A stretch of 64,000 nt of DNA from Andalucia godoyi And28 (taxonomy: Eukaryota; Protista; Jakobida): contig VRVR01000013.1 in the NCBI GenBank assembly GCA_009859145.1, positions 272,786 to 336,785 on the forward strand, written 5' to 3'. Both the position numbers and the translations under genes were made by a program. Below the pieces are notes generated by a model, which did not search any database, was not told where the DNA came from, and saw nothing but the letters and a program-made list of their open reading frames with translations. Each line of letters starts with the position of its first letter. Within the stretch, counting starts at the first letter, position 1. Positions 1 through 10,663 of the stretch are shown here, one piece after another.

Positions 1-2
1 AT

Positions 3-2732
3 TGTATTTATGGTATCAGTGAACCGCCCTCGTTGCTGCAGCTCAGTGAGTGCAAACAGATATGGGATCATGTCCGAAGGAACGATGGAATTCGAGTTTT
101 AATGTCCAGACTGCGCGCAAAGCTACCAATTGATGTCGTTTTTGAATTTCGTGCCCTTCTTTGCCAGTGCCTTCTCGGTATCTGTCGGGACTCTACAATT
201 CGACAGATTCTTCGGCAACTGCGGATTACGGTTCTCATTGAGAGCCTCGACAAGGATGTTAACCTAACGCCCGGAAGGCAGAATAGAGAGGATTACGTTT
301 TGTTCAAAAAGGTTTCTGTTAACTTGATTCAGGTTTTGACCAACCACAAGATTTCAGAAGAAGAATCGAACTCGATCTTTCGAAGACTTGAGAAGTCTTC
401 GATTGTCGCCGCATCGCAAATTGATTATCCGGACCGCGAGCTATTGCAGTTGATTCAAGCGCACCTTATTTCCAAAGGTCTGGGCCAGGCAGCAGACGTG
501 CTACGAGAAGAAGCTGGGCTCGTGGCAAATTCTGCCTGGGCGGAATCAGTGAAATCTCTGACGAGTTCCAATGTTACGACATCTTCACAACTGGGACTGT
601 CGAGCGTGGCGCCATCTTCGCAGGCAGCAGTAGTAACCAGAACGCCGATACCAGTCAAAAGCCAGCTAGGCCGCTATTCTTCCCAGGCTTCCCAGGCTTC
701 CCAGGCTTCCCAGGCTTCCCAATCTTCCCAGACATTAGATGTCAACGGGACTCCAGGTTCGAAAATCACGGTTCCTCTTTCGACCTCTCCGTTCCTCAGC
801 CCCAGCCAGACTTTCGTCGATGGATCGCTTAGGAAGACGCTTAGTTCCCCGGCGTATGTTTCTGGAGTACCGCACTCGAATACCAAGATTGCCAGCATCC
901 TTCCTGGAGTTCCTCTCGAACCTACTCCCCTAATGCTGAAGAAGCGTTCACCGATTCCGAAGCTCATTCATGACGAGATTCAACCCATTCCTATGACGAC
1001 TTTGGATGACTTCGCCACCGCTTCCGATTCGTCTGTGGTTCCGTTCGGCGATACTCTTGATCGCATTGTTCGGCACTATCTCAAGCAGCAGCATCGTCAC
1101 TGCAAGATCCCGATGTCCGCTCCTCCTACATTTTCTCTTGTGAAGCCTCATCGATGCCCGGAGCCACTAGACTTCGAATACGCGTCATCCAATCTCCTGA
1201 GCAGAATGCGAGCGAGCAGAGTCCGGGGTGTGCATGCGGGTTTTGGTGTTTCTCCGGAGCTTCGAAACTGGGGCAAGGAAAATCGGTCTTATGTATTTTC
1301 GCAGTTTTCGCATCGACCAGGTCGCACGATTCGACGTCCGGTGGATGTCCCAGTCATGTTTTCGTGTTCCACATTTCTGGATGTGAATAAGACGCTCTTG
1401 GTTGGCTCGCAGGATGGTTACTTGATGACATATACCTTGGACTATATTGACTCTTCATCCTCAGCAGATTTTAGCTACAACGAATGTTTTGAGATTCCCG
1501 ACTCGAATCTCGTTGGCGTCGAGTATTTACTGCCGTCTGCGGATCAGACACTTGTCCTCTGTTGGACCTCGGAGATGTCATATCTGTACAGATCGACGAA
1601 TTTTGGTGCCCCGGTGCATACGTTTTCCGATTGTCCGACCGTGCAGTTCAGTCCTTCCTCTGTCGATTTTGTCATTGGTGAAGATCTTCGCAATCCGGGG
1701 ACTGCCAAAATATTCTCTACATCAACTGGGATGCTAGTGCATACGCTTCGTGACCCATCCATGCATGCGGAGGCCATTCAAGCGACTGCAGTTCCTGGAT
1801 TCCTCTCGGATGGAAGAAAACCGTGTTTTTCGAATAATGGTGATTTAGTTTTGTTTAATAATACTCTTTGGGATGTTCGCACCAAGGATGCTGTGCACCA
1901 CTTCGACAAATTATCGACTCGTGGATGTTCTGTGTTCCATCCAAACGGTAACTGCGCGTTGATCAACACCGCTGTGTGGGATTTACGCACTTTCAAGTTG
2001 TTTCGTTCTGTTCCGGAATTCGATGATGCGGATCTGCAGTTTAACTCTTCGGGAACGATTATCTATTCCTTGAAGAGAGACTACTCCAATAGTATGATGC
2101 TGTCGTCTCAATTCAAGACCTTCGATGCAGACGATTTTTCCGTGATTCACACCGAAACGGTGGATCGAGACATCTGGGGTATTTCCATCGACCCCATTGA
2201 CGACACTATTGCCATTGTGGAATCCGACGGCACTGATCGAACCATCAGGCTCTATGATGTCGGCCGAATGTTGGATGCAGATGACATGCAGGACGATGAA
2301 ACGGACGACGATTTTGAGGATGATGACGATGGTGACGATGATGACGAGGATGAGGATGATGCCGGTGAGTACGATTCATCTTCCGTTCTCGATGTCATGC
2401 ACCTGCTGGAACCGGATTCCGATGATGACGGAAGTGTCTTGTTTGAATCTGGTCCAGGACAGCATTTTGAAGAAGTCAACGACGATGATGGGGATGACGA
2501 TGGGGATGATTCCAGCGGAGACAGTGAAGATGTTCACGGGATTCTCGACGAGGATGCTTCAGGTGACGCTGATGATCCATCTTCGGAAGCTGAGCACCAA
2601 TGGAATGCCGAGGATTTTGAGGAAATCTTCGGGAGTCAAATTGATGATTCAGACAATGTCGAATTTGTAGAGGACAGCGGCGGCGGTGACGATGAGTCAA
2701 GCGAGGACGATGGGAGTCGCTCTGTGTTTTAA
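3..2732 (+). CDS. DCAF1: DCAF1/VprBP (CUL4-DDB1 substrate receptor), 5'-partial
   Basis: LisH-like motif ELLQLIQAHLISKGLGQAADVLREEAGL; LDRIVRHYLKQQHRHCKIPMSAPPTFSLVKPHRCPEP matches the conserved DCAF1 segment; WD40 with NNGDLVLFNNTLWDVR and FHPNGNCALINTAVWDLRTFKL; long acidic tail. Frame is open from position 3, so the start lies upstream of the window. Confidence 0.92.
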   Translation, partial: CIYGISEPPSLLQLSECKQIWDHVRRNDGIRVLMSRLRAKLPIDVVFEFRALLCQCLLGICRDSTIRQILRQLRITVLIESLDKDVNLTPGRQNREDYVLFKKVSVNLIQVLTNHKISEEESNSIFRRLEKSSIVAASQIDYPDRELLQLIQAHLISKGLGQAADVLREEAGLVANSAWAESVKSLTSSNVTTSSQLGLSSVAPSSQAAVVTRTPIPVKSQLGRYSSQASQASQASQASQSSQTLDVNGTPGSKITVPLSTSPFLSPSQTFVDGSLRKTLSSPAYVSGVPHSNTKIASILPGVPLEPTPLMLKKRSPIPKLIHDEIQPIPMTTLDDFATASDSSVVPFGDTLDRIVRHYLKQQHRHCKIPMSAPPTFSLVKPHRCPEPLDFEYASSNLLSRMRASRVRGVHAGFGVSPELRNWGKENRSYVFSQFSHRPGRTIRRPVDVPVMFSCSTFLDVNKTLLVGSQDGYLMTYTLDYIDSSSSADFSYNECFEIPDSNLVGVEYLLPSADQTLVLCWTSEMSYLYRSTNFGAPVHTFSDCPTVQFSPSSVDFVIGEDLRNPGTAKIFSTSTGMLVHTLRDPSMHAEAIQATAVPGFLSDGRKPCFSNNGDLVLFNNTLWDVRTKDAVHHFDKLSTRGCSVFHPNGNCALINTAVWDLRTFKLFRSVPEFDDADLQFNSSGTIIYSLKRDYSNSMMLSSQFKTFDADDFSVIHTETVDRDIWGISIDPIDDTIAIVESDGTDRTIRLYDVGRMLDADDMQDDETDDDFEDDDDGDDDDEDEDDAGEYDSSSVLDVMHLLEPDSDDDGSVLFESGPGQHFEEVNDDDGDDDGDDSSGDSEDVHGILDEDASGDADDPSSEAEHQWNAEDFEEIFGSQIDDSDNVEFVEDSGGGDDESSEDDGSRSVF
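680..730 (+). repeat. Coding 9-bp tandem repeat (TCCCAGGCT)n encoding SQA repeats
   Basis: Four exact copies of tcccaggct plus degenerate copies within the DCAF1 low-complexity linker. Confidence 0.8.
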
Positions 2733-2919
2733 AAGCCAGGAAAGCAGAGAGCGGGGGCGAATGGTTTCGTGTGCGTGTGTTGTTTACCGTTTCACCACCC
2801 CCCCCTCTTTTTTTTTTCAATGGCCCTTCAGGAGGCAAAAGCGCTCACCATGTTCAATGAAGCAAACGGATGTTAGATGTAAAGCCTCGAATTCTTGTTG
2901 TTCAGACCTGGCCTGCTTC

Positions 2920-4240
2920 TTAATATGGCGGTCGCATCAATGTCTGCTGATTGCTCGGCATCGTGCCTGGAACAGGCATTCCGGGCACCATGCGCGGAAC
3001 TTGAGGAAGCCTCGATGCTTGCCACTGCGCAAACGAAATGATTGCCCCAGGGAAATACGTGTCGACGTAGTTCAATCCAGAACGAACCTCTTCGGAGTAC
3101 AGCCTTCGTGACGGGTCCCCAGCTCCTTCACGATCACCACGATCTCGTTCCTTGTCTCGGCGATCAGAAAAGCGATCCCTGTCAAACTCACGATCCCTGT
3201 CTCTGTCTCTATCTCTGTCTCGATCGCGGTGATCGTCCCGATTTCTGTGAAGTGCGTGATGATCACGGTCACGCTCGCGGTCCTGAAGAGGTGACCTTTC
3301 TCTGTCTCCATCTCTTGGCATATCCCTCCGTGAAATACGAGAGAGTTCGGTCTTGTTCCAGTCCGCTGTCATCAACAGTCCTCCAAAATAAGTGTTGTTG
3401 ATGAGTTCCATGGCGATCCACGCATCTTTTTGTGTCTTGAAGGTCAAATAAGCCTTTTTGAACGGAGTTCTCGGATCTGACTTTGTAGATGGAGCAAACT
3501 CAATGGACTCGATCTCAACATATCGTGCCAGCAGTCTCCGAAACTGTTCTTCGGTCATTGGGATCGCAACGTACTTGACAAAAAGGGAGCAGATGCCACG
3601 GTACAGAGACGGGTCCTGCTTGTACCGAGAATCTGCAAGCTTCACGGAGAGAGAGCCTATCGACGCCAAAATATCCAGCGCAGCCGTTGCGATCTCAATG
3701 TCGTCAAAAGACGCCAATCCAAAGCCTTTTGATGCACCGTACGGAAACCGAACCAGCGCAAATCGCTGGATTTGAAGATGTGGTGGCAGTCTCGAGTTGA
3801 GCCATTCCATGATCTTGTCCTCGCAGAAGTGGACTGGGAGCTGTCGGATGTAAATATCATTATGCGTGTCCTTGTACGACACATCCAGCTCGGCTCCACT
3901 AGGTCCATACACGTGCTTTTTACCTTGAGAAGCCGCATCCAGCGCCGCCAGCATGCTCTCAATCTCCTCGAACCGAACAAACGCATATCCTCGACATGCG
4001 CCGGTCACATAGTCCTTCACCAAATGCACCTTCCAGATCGGTCCGTACTCAGAGAACACCCCTTTCAGAACCTCTGCATCCGCATCTGCTGGCAGATTCG
4101 CAATAAACACCGACGCTTCCAGCGGAAACCGAGGCTTGAAGTTCTGAAGCGGAGTCTCCAACGTGTTGATTTGCGAAATATCCCGATTCAAAGCTTCAAT
4201 CCCAGCATTCGTCTCTAGATCCTCTGCCCTCTGCCCCATC

Positions 4241-4248
<8 letters not shown>
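2920..4248 (-). CDS. Multi-RRM RNA-binding protein (3 RRMs plus RD-rich tract), about 442 aa
   Basis: RNP2/RNP1 motifs VFIANLP...RGYAFVRF, IYIRQLP...KGFGLASF and LFVKYV...KKAYLTF; RDRDRD tract. Start placed at ATG 4248; the upstream ERERE extension in the ORF track is the GA microsatellite. Confidence 0.85.
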
Positions 4249-4335
<87 letters not shown>

Positions 4336-4354
4336 TCTCTCTCTCTCCCTCTCT
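4249..4354. repeat. (CT)n/(GA)n microsatellite abutting the RRM start codon
   Basis: About 106 nt of ct repeats with three cc interruptions. Confidence 0.95.
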
Positions 4355-4711
4355 GGGCGACCACTCCACAAAAGCATTTAGAATGGAAAACAGAATCAGA
4401 AAAATAAAGCCTTCTAAAAAGGAAGGGAAATCCGCCTGTGCTGTAGCATCCATTGATGCAAGCCAAAAACCCGCAACAAGCCAGTTCACTTGTACTGTAC
4501 AGTTGATAGAGGCGTCACTCGACAAGTCTTTTCTTCTTCAGAGGATTGTTTTTGGACCGTTTGTGTGTCGATCCGTTCTGTCGCCGTGTTTCTTCTTTTG
4601 TTCATTGGTTCGTTCTTGTTCTTTCAATATCTGCGTGTTTTTGTTGGTCTTTTTTGGTGTTTTTCGTTCACTTTCCAGTTCATAATATTCGTTGCAGTTG
4701 TTCACATCCTC

Positions 4712-5376
4712 ATGTCTATCGCAATGGCGCAGTTTTACGGTTCGGATGCTGGAGACACTGATGAATTCGAGTTTTCACAGTATGTCGTCATTTTTTAAAA
4801 ATTAAAAAAGACAACATCAACAAACAATCAAACAAACAAAAATGGGAATTTAGAGAGCTTGAATCATTTCATTTTACGTGTTTGGTGGAAATGTGAGAAT
4901 TGGTTGTTTACTAATTTGTTAATGTTGTGTTTTGTTGAATGCGTGTGATTGTACACAGCCATGGTTCGGATGCGGATGCGTACTTTGACAGCTGTGTGGG
5001 TACACTACAAGAGATTCTTCTTGATGCGGAGTTTTTCAATTTGCGAATGGCGTTTATGCGGGCGCATTGCCACGAGTTTGACAAGTCAGATGAGAACAAG
5101 CTGATCTACACTGCGTTGTTTGAGGAATATGTGAGGAACATCGAGGGTTTTTTGGAAACAAGGCTAAAAAGCGCAATTCCGGGGTTCAGTATGGTCTGGT
5201 TCTTGACAGAAATTGAGCGGCGAGGACAGGACGAGGTGTGCGGTGATCTCTGGGACCTCTTGGCATCTCTTGCGGATTTCGCTCAGTTCAAAGGGATCAT
5301 GCTCGATGCCAAGCGATCGCAAAAGGGCAAGAATCCGGAGAATGCTATTCAATCCGGGAAGGTCAAGTCGACGTGA
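4712..5376 (+). CDS. ARL2BP: ARL2-binding protein (BART domain), 2 exons: 4712-4779 + 4959-5376 (161 aa)
   Basis: FDSCVGTLQEILLDAEF...FDKSDENKLIYTALFEEY...LASLADFAQFKGIML is the BART-family pattern. Exon 1 is inferred from a phase-2-matched GTATGT..CAG intron; start could be 4712 or 4724. Confidence 0.85.
4780..4958 (+). other. Spliceosomal intron (GT-AG, 179 nt)
   Basis: 5' GTATGT at 4780, branch-like TACTAAT at 4909-4915, 3' CAG at 4956-4958; splicing keeps the frame. Confidence 0.85.
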
Positions 5377-5640
5377 AGACACAAACCGCAAGCCGCAGTA
5401 CCCCGTAGCCGTCAATGAATTGGGACAGTTGGACAGCCATGAAACATCGTCGTCACCATCGTTATACATATGCATATTCTCGGACATCACACTATCATAC
5501 AATATGGGGAATTTCATTGCTGTCCATCTCTTGAAACAGTATGATAAAGGGCAGATTCAGATAATGCTTTCTTCTTCTTTTAATTTAATTTCCTATTAAT
5601 TAAAACAAAAAACAAAGCAAAATTGAAATTAAAAAATTGC

Positions 5641-8600
5641 TTACAAGAGTTGCTCCAGGAGTTGACGAATGCGGCCATCAAAATCGGAGCCTAGTGAGCC
5701 GGAGAATACGTGGAGAGACCGCAGGACAGCCTTTTGACTCGGAAGCTTGCTAATCACGTCGAGAATCAGGTTCATCTCTAAGCGTTGCGGTTTGCTCAAG
5801 GGACATCCACGGAGACGGCGGAAGTTTTCAGAACACTCCTCAAACGCAGCAACAACCTTTTCTCGCAGCACACCATCGGCAAGTTCCCTCAGCTCATCAA
5901 CACCGAGAAGGAATATTAAAAAGTTGTACGCAGCCTCACGAAGCACCCACGGACGCACGGGGACGTAGTTCAGCAGCCCAAGTGACTGGCGTGCACCACC
6001 ATCCGAAGTCAGACTGGCAACGGTCGACAGCAGATCCGAAGAAAACACCTTGAACAACACATCGCGTTTGGACATTAAAATGCGAATCATTTCGATCTCT
6101 AAAGTCGGTTCATATCGACCGTCGAATGCCCGCAGCACACGAACGGCAAATGCAGAAACCCCAGGCGACGACCGAAACGTGTTGCCAGACAGGAAAGAAT
6201 TCCACCTACGCAGGGTGTTTTCGTAAATAGGATGCTCGCGACTTACAAGAACACCGACAGCATCAAGATAGGCATCTTGATGCTGGGGAAGCGCTGCAAA
6301 TGTCTCATGGAACAACTCCAAAACGGCCACAAGGAAAGGAGTGTGAGGATTCTCAAACACCGACTTGAAAAGGGAGAGCAGGCGCGCAGATAGGGAATTG
6401 TCCAAACTTCCAGCAAGTGGTGTCATAGTCTTTAGCAACTCTACCAATCTGTTCTCGTACTCGAAGAACTTCTTCGTCTTGCTGTCTGCCGGCGCAGATT
6501 TCTTGGACGGTTCCATGCACAGGCAAATACGGAGCCCGTCTTCGAGAAGATCCAGCAACTGCGATTCGTGTCCTTCTCGAGGGACTTTCATCCAGGAATC
6601 ATGCATCATCAACATCACAGCGATCGAGAAACAGCCCTTGTCTTCTCCAGCAGGAATATGATCCATGTCTTTCCTTCCTTCCACAAAAAATTCGTACACC
6701 GTCTGTGAAATAGAATGCATCACGATTGTCCACGTGTCCCAGGCCAAGTCTTCGACGCTGAAACACTGCGCTGTTATCAAATCATCAAACGCCTTGATCG
6801 TTGTCGTACACACCTCGTTCGACGTCGACAACATGTTGTGCTGTATGTATGTAAATATCTCGGCAACGCATCTCGCATGGAACGTGCGAACCACGCACGC
6901 ACAGTCAGAGGATGTCTCAATTCCGTAACTTGCGCAAAGCGCCACTATTTCCTGACAGATCTTGGGATCTTGCAATTCACCTACCTTCTTCACCAGGATG
7001 ATTTGGGATATCGCAAGCACCGCGCGCACAACCCCTGAGATCGCCAACGACCGCGTCTCCTCCCATTGTTTTGCGACTGTGTTCCTCGAGTGATGAACAA
7101 GCATTTTCATTCCTTGTTCCTTTGATACCTGTGACGTGCGCGGATCCTGCGGTCCAGCTGTCGGTGGGTTCTCCTCATCAGTTGCTCGTCCAGATTCCGA
7201 CTCGACAATGGACAGCAGCCTTACGAGCGTGTCCGACAAACATCGCATCAGACCAACAACCGAGAGCTTCGCGGCGTGGGTGGGCATTGACGACAGCAGT
7301 GTCTTCAGCGCGCCATTTCGCGCAGAGGGGCGGACATCACGCACACACTCCCGCAATTTAGAAAACAGCAGAATCCACAGCGGTTCTGAATTCTGAGAAC
7401 GCAGGGAGGGAGAGGACAAGAAGTCTGCAGTGGACCACAGCGACGTCATGGCTGCAAGCGAAATGTTGGTATCCACAGACTGGATGGAGAATACACCAAG
7501 CATGTCAATGTACAGATGCACCAGATCGTGCTCAAGATGCGGAAGGTAATCATTGCCAATCAGAGACAGAGACTCGAAAGCAATTTGAAGAATCTCTTGC
7601 AATCTTGTTCCGGACACCTGGAAACCGGCTCTCGTTAGCGCCGTCGAAATGGCAAATCCAGGGTCTTCGGCCAATGCAGTAGAGGAATCTCCCGAAGAAC
7701 CGAGTACAGGCGACGAACCCGGTGTCAGTGAAGAAGACGACGAGGACGTGAGTCCGCCGCCATTCATCGGAGAGCTGGATGCCGCAGAGGGAGGCGCGGG
7801 AGACGACCCTGTAAACAGACCGGCATCCATATACAAAGCAGCACGGGCAAGTGCATGCATGATGGAAGACCATGTTTCTGGCTTTGACATTCGAGATCCA
7901 ACATCTCGCACAATGGAATGAAGACCACGCAATAATGAGACACGCAAGTCCGGGGCATCGTGAGCGGCAAAAAGGCCGGTATAAAAGGACACGAGTCTCG
8001 TTTCCATGTCAAGCGTGCAGTTGTTCTGATCAAGAATCGCGCAAATAAGATCCGTCGTCAGCTCGATTGCAGTGGAGCGGACAAACGTCTCTGGAAACTT
8101 GCAGAGAACAGCAAGATGGTCAGCAACCACATTCCACAATTCCGGTATTCTCGCCAAGTTGTTGTGCAGCGAAGAAAACAAACCGCGAATAGCAAACAAT
8201 CGCGGTTTGGACACTGTTGTAGAAGAGGACGTCGATCCAGCACTGGGTGACAACACCGACGTGGAAGACGCAGTGGGTGCCAAGAGCACCAAGGTTTCTT
8301 CGGAGAGACGCTGCAGTGCTTGCAAAAGGTCTGTGATGGAGTGTAGGGACAAGTTGGAAGAACTTTGAAACAAATTTTGCAAGGCATCTGTCAGAATTCG
8401 GAGATCGTCGGAAGTGGTCTCTGAAACAGCCTTTGTCCCCGCGGACTGCGGATTGTCGGGAAAAAGCAGCTTGTCGAGAAGCTGAAAGTTTCGCAGCAGA
8501 ATCTTCCAGGATGTCCCCAATAAGCCGCCAATGCAGTGTGCGATGTTGAAAAGTGCTTTGAGTACTTGTACGTTCTTGGGATGCATCTTGTATGAATCCG

Positions 8601-10359
8601 CGGAGAGCGCACCTGCAGACGAAGAATTCCCGTTCGTATTGCCATCCAGAGCATGCAGAGCAGCCATTTCCTCCGGGGAGCCACTAAGAGGACCGCTTCC
8701 TGCGTTAGGAAACATCGAGGTGGAAAGCGGCTGAGAAAACCTGCATAGGTCGACAAGAAAAACATCACGGACCTCATCAAGCTTGCAAATCCCGCAAACA
8801 TGGATGAATGTTTGATAGATCGGAAGAATTCTTTGAAGCACCAATTCGTCATAGGCTCTGGCAAGAATCAGCGACAGTGTGCCCATAAGAGGACGCCAAG
8901 AAATCGCAATCATGTTACTAACAATCTGTACATCAGTCACGGGTCCCTCCTCATCAGCGGCGACGCCATTCTCCGAGGCAAACGACAGCCTCTTCTCCAG
9001 TCCGTCCGAAATGGACTCCTTCTTCTTCTGCTCGTCGACAGGAATCCGTTCTGTATCCCTCCCACCGCGCAAGATGTCGCACATGATTGCAAATGATTTT
9101 GAAATATTGGACAGAGTGTCAACAGTCAATCGCAGTAGCTCCGGCTGACCAACCACAGGCAATTCAGAATCGTTCGATGCGTCGATGCCCGCAAATTTCG
9201 AGGCAACTGACAGCATGTTAGAATTCATCCGTGATGTCATTTCATTGTCCAGTGATGCTTGGGCATTTCTCTGCAGCGTCTGGAAGAGTGCTTCAAACAA
9301 TGGAACGTTTGTCGCGTGCATATCACGCACCCATGCAACCGAGTCCGCGAGCCTCCTCAAAATATCGAGAGCAAGGCACCGTTGATACGTCAAAAATCCT
9401 TCTTCCATGATGCTCATGAGCATTTCAGCACCTCGGGTAGTCTCTGCTGGCAGAGCCTTGCTGAAGTTCAGCAGAAGTCGAAACAGCAACCGGAGCAACC
9501 TCAGAAACAACGGATAATCAATCTGCAGCTTCTCGTTCGTCGGCAAGTAGCGAAACACCAGTGTGCATACTTCTTCCTTGACCAATCGCAGAATGGAATC
9601 TGTCTGAATAAGGACTGAATAGTGGTTCGCAAGCACAATATCAATTAGCTCCAGTCCCAAAAGCTTCAGCAGCTGATTGGATGAACTAGATGTGGCGCGC
9701 GTAACATCCCTGAGAAATTGATGACTGTTCAATCGTTCGTCGTCACGTTCCCGCGGATCAAACACCAGCGTCGCAAATTGCTTCATTGTGGCTCCAGCCG
9801 TGCTGCTCACGACAGGCGACTTTGCCTCGACCAGCTTAAAACACGTTGAAATTGCAGTGGAAAACGAGTCTGGCGGCACCGCAAATGCCTTTGAAGTCAA
9901 GAATGCAACGAGTGTTTGAAGCATCTTCAGATAGACAGTGTCATCAAACGATGATGAGATCAGTGAAGCGAAGCAATCGACCAATTCCGGCGACGACGAC
10001 GGCAGAAATACTCTGTACTGCAAGCATTTCTGCAGCGTCGGAAGAGCCAAAAGAACCAACTTTGAGCTGTCGGACCGACACGCAAGGAACAACGGCTGCA
10101 GAATCTCGTCTGACTTTAGCAGTTGTTTCGCGACGAAATCCGATTCATCCGAATAGCCCGAAGGAGTCGAAGGCGTCCACGAACCAGCTCCACTATTACT
10201 ACTACTACTACTACTACTGTTTGGAGAAGGTAGAGAATCGCGGATGTTCCGCACGCGTACAATTGCCTTCTCTGCAGACTCCTTTACAGCAATGCGCTTT
10301 TTGCCAGCTTCAATCGACAATGCTCGCAAGTCCTGCTCAAGATTCGCAAGCAATGACAT
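5641..10359 (-). CDS. MON2: MON2 (Golgi/endosome Arf-GEF-like scaffold), about 1572 aa
   Basis: N-terminus MSLLANLEQDLRALSIEAGKKRIAVKESAEKAI (DCB domain); LKMLQTLVAFLT; KNVQVLKALFNIAHCIGGLLGTSW; DVRPSARNGALKTL; HHSRNTVAKQWEET. Start taken at ATG 10359, not the TTG at 11193 in the ORF track. Confidence 0.93.
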   Translation of the reverse strand: MSLLANLEQDLRALSIEAGKKRIAVKESAEKAIVRVRNIRDSLPSPNSSSSSSSNSGAGSWTPSTPSGYSDESDFVAKQLLKSDEILQPLFLACRSDSSKLVLLALPTLQKCLQYRVFLPSSSPELVDCFASLISSSFDDTVYLKMLQTLVAFLTSKAFAVPPDSFSTAISTCFKLVEAKSPVVSSTAGATMKQFATLVFDPRERDDERLNSHQFLRDVTRATSSSSNQLLKLLGLELIDIVLANHYSVLIQTDSILRLVKEEVCTLVFRYLPTNEKLQIDYPLFLRLLRLLFRLLLNFSKALPAETTRGAEMLMSIMEEGFLTYQRCLALDILRRLADSVAWVRDMHATNVPLFEALFQTLQRNAQASLDNEMTSRMNSNMLSVASKFAGIDASNDSELPVVGQPELLRLTVDTLSNISKSFAIMCDILRGGRDTERIPVDEQKKKESISDGLEKRLSFASENGVAADEEGPVTDVQIVSNMIAISWRPLMGTLSLILARAYDELVLQRILPIYQTFIHVCGICKLDEVRDVFLVDLCRFSQPLSTSMFPNAGSGPLSGSPEEMAALHALDGNTNGNSSSAGALSADSYKMHPKNVQVLKALFNIAHCIGGLLGTSWKILLRNFQLLDKLLFPDNPQSAGTKAVSETTSDDLRILTDALQNLFQSSSNLSLHSITDLLQALQRLSEETLVLLAPTASSTSVLSPSAGSTSSSTTVSKPRLFAIRGLFSSLHNNLARIPELWNVVADHLAVLCKFPETFVRSTAIELTTDLICAILDQNNCTLDMETRLVSFYTGLFAAHDAPDLRVSLLRGLHSIVRDVGSRMSKPETWSSIMHALARAALYMDAGLFTGSSPAPPSAASSSPMNGGGLTSSSSSSLTPGSSPVLGSSGDSSTALAEDPGFAISTALTRAGFQVSGTRLQEILQIAFESLSLIGNDYLPHLEHDLVHLYIDMLGVFSIQSVDTNISLAAMTSLWSTADFLSSPSLRSQNSEPLWILLFSKLRECVRDVRPSARNGALKTLLSSMPTHAAKLSVVGLMRCLSDTLVRLLSIVESESGRATDEENPPTAGPQDPRTSQVSKEQGMKMLVHHSRNTVAKQWEETRSLAISGVVRAVLAISQIILVKKVGELQDPKICQEIVALCASYGIETSSDCACVVRTFHARCVAEIFTYIQHNMLSTSNEVCTTTIKAFDDLITAQCFSVEDLAWDTWTIVMHSISQTVYEFFVEGRKDMDHIPAGEDKGCFSIAVMLMMHDSWMKVPREGHESQLLDLLEDGLRICLCMEPSKKSAPADSKTKKFFEYENRLVELLKTMTPLAGSLDNSLSARLLSLFKSVFENPHTPFLVAVLELFHETFAALPQHQDAYLDAVGVLVSREHPIYENTLRRWNSFLSGNTFRSSPGVSAFAVRVLRAFDGRYEPTLEIEMIRILMSKRDVLFKVFSSDLLSTVASLTSDGGARQSLGLLNYVPVRPWVLREAAYNFLIFLLGVDELRELADGVLREKVVAAFEECSENFRRLRGCPLSKPQRLEMNLILDVISKLPSQKAVLRSLHVFSGSLGSDFDGRIRQLLEQLL

Positions 10360-10663
10360 TCTATGATACCCACTTCCACAACAGCCCTTTCTTGTCTTTC
10401 GGTTAATATACCCCCTCGACGTGCCACAATTAAGAGAAAAATAGAAAATGGAAAAACACAAAAACCAGAAAAATCGAAATGCAGAAAAATCAACAGAGAA
10501 ACGAAAGAAAGGTAAAAAACGAGGACAGAAAACAGTAACACACTGCAGACTGAACGCTACACGTCGCTGTGTACAACAGATGTCGTCCGAGTTTGATTTC
10601 TGACTCCTTCTGTTTTTCCCCTTCCAAACTCTTTTTTTTAATTTATTGTTATTCCATTCATCG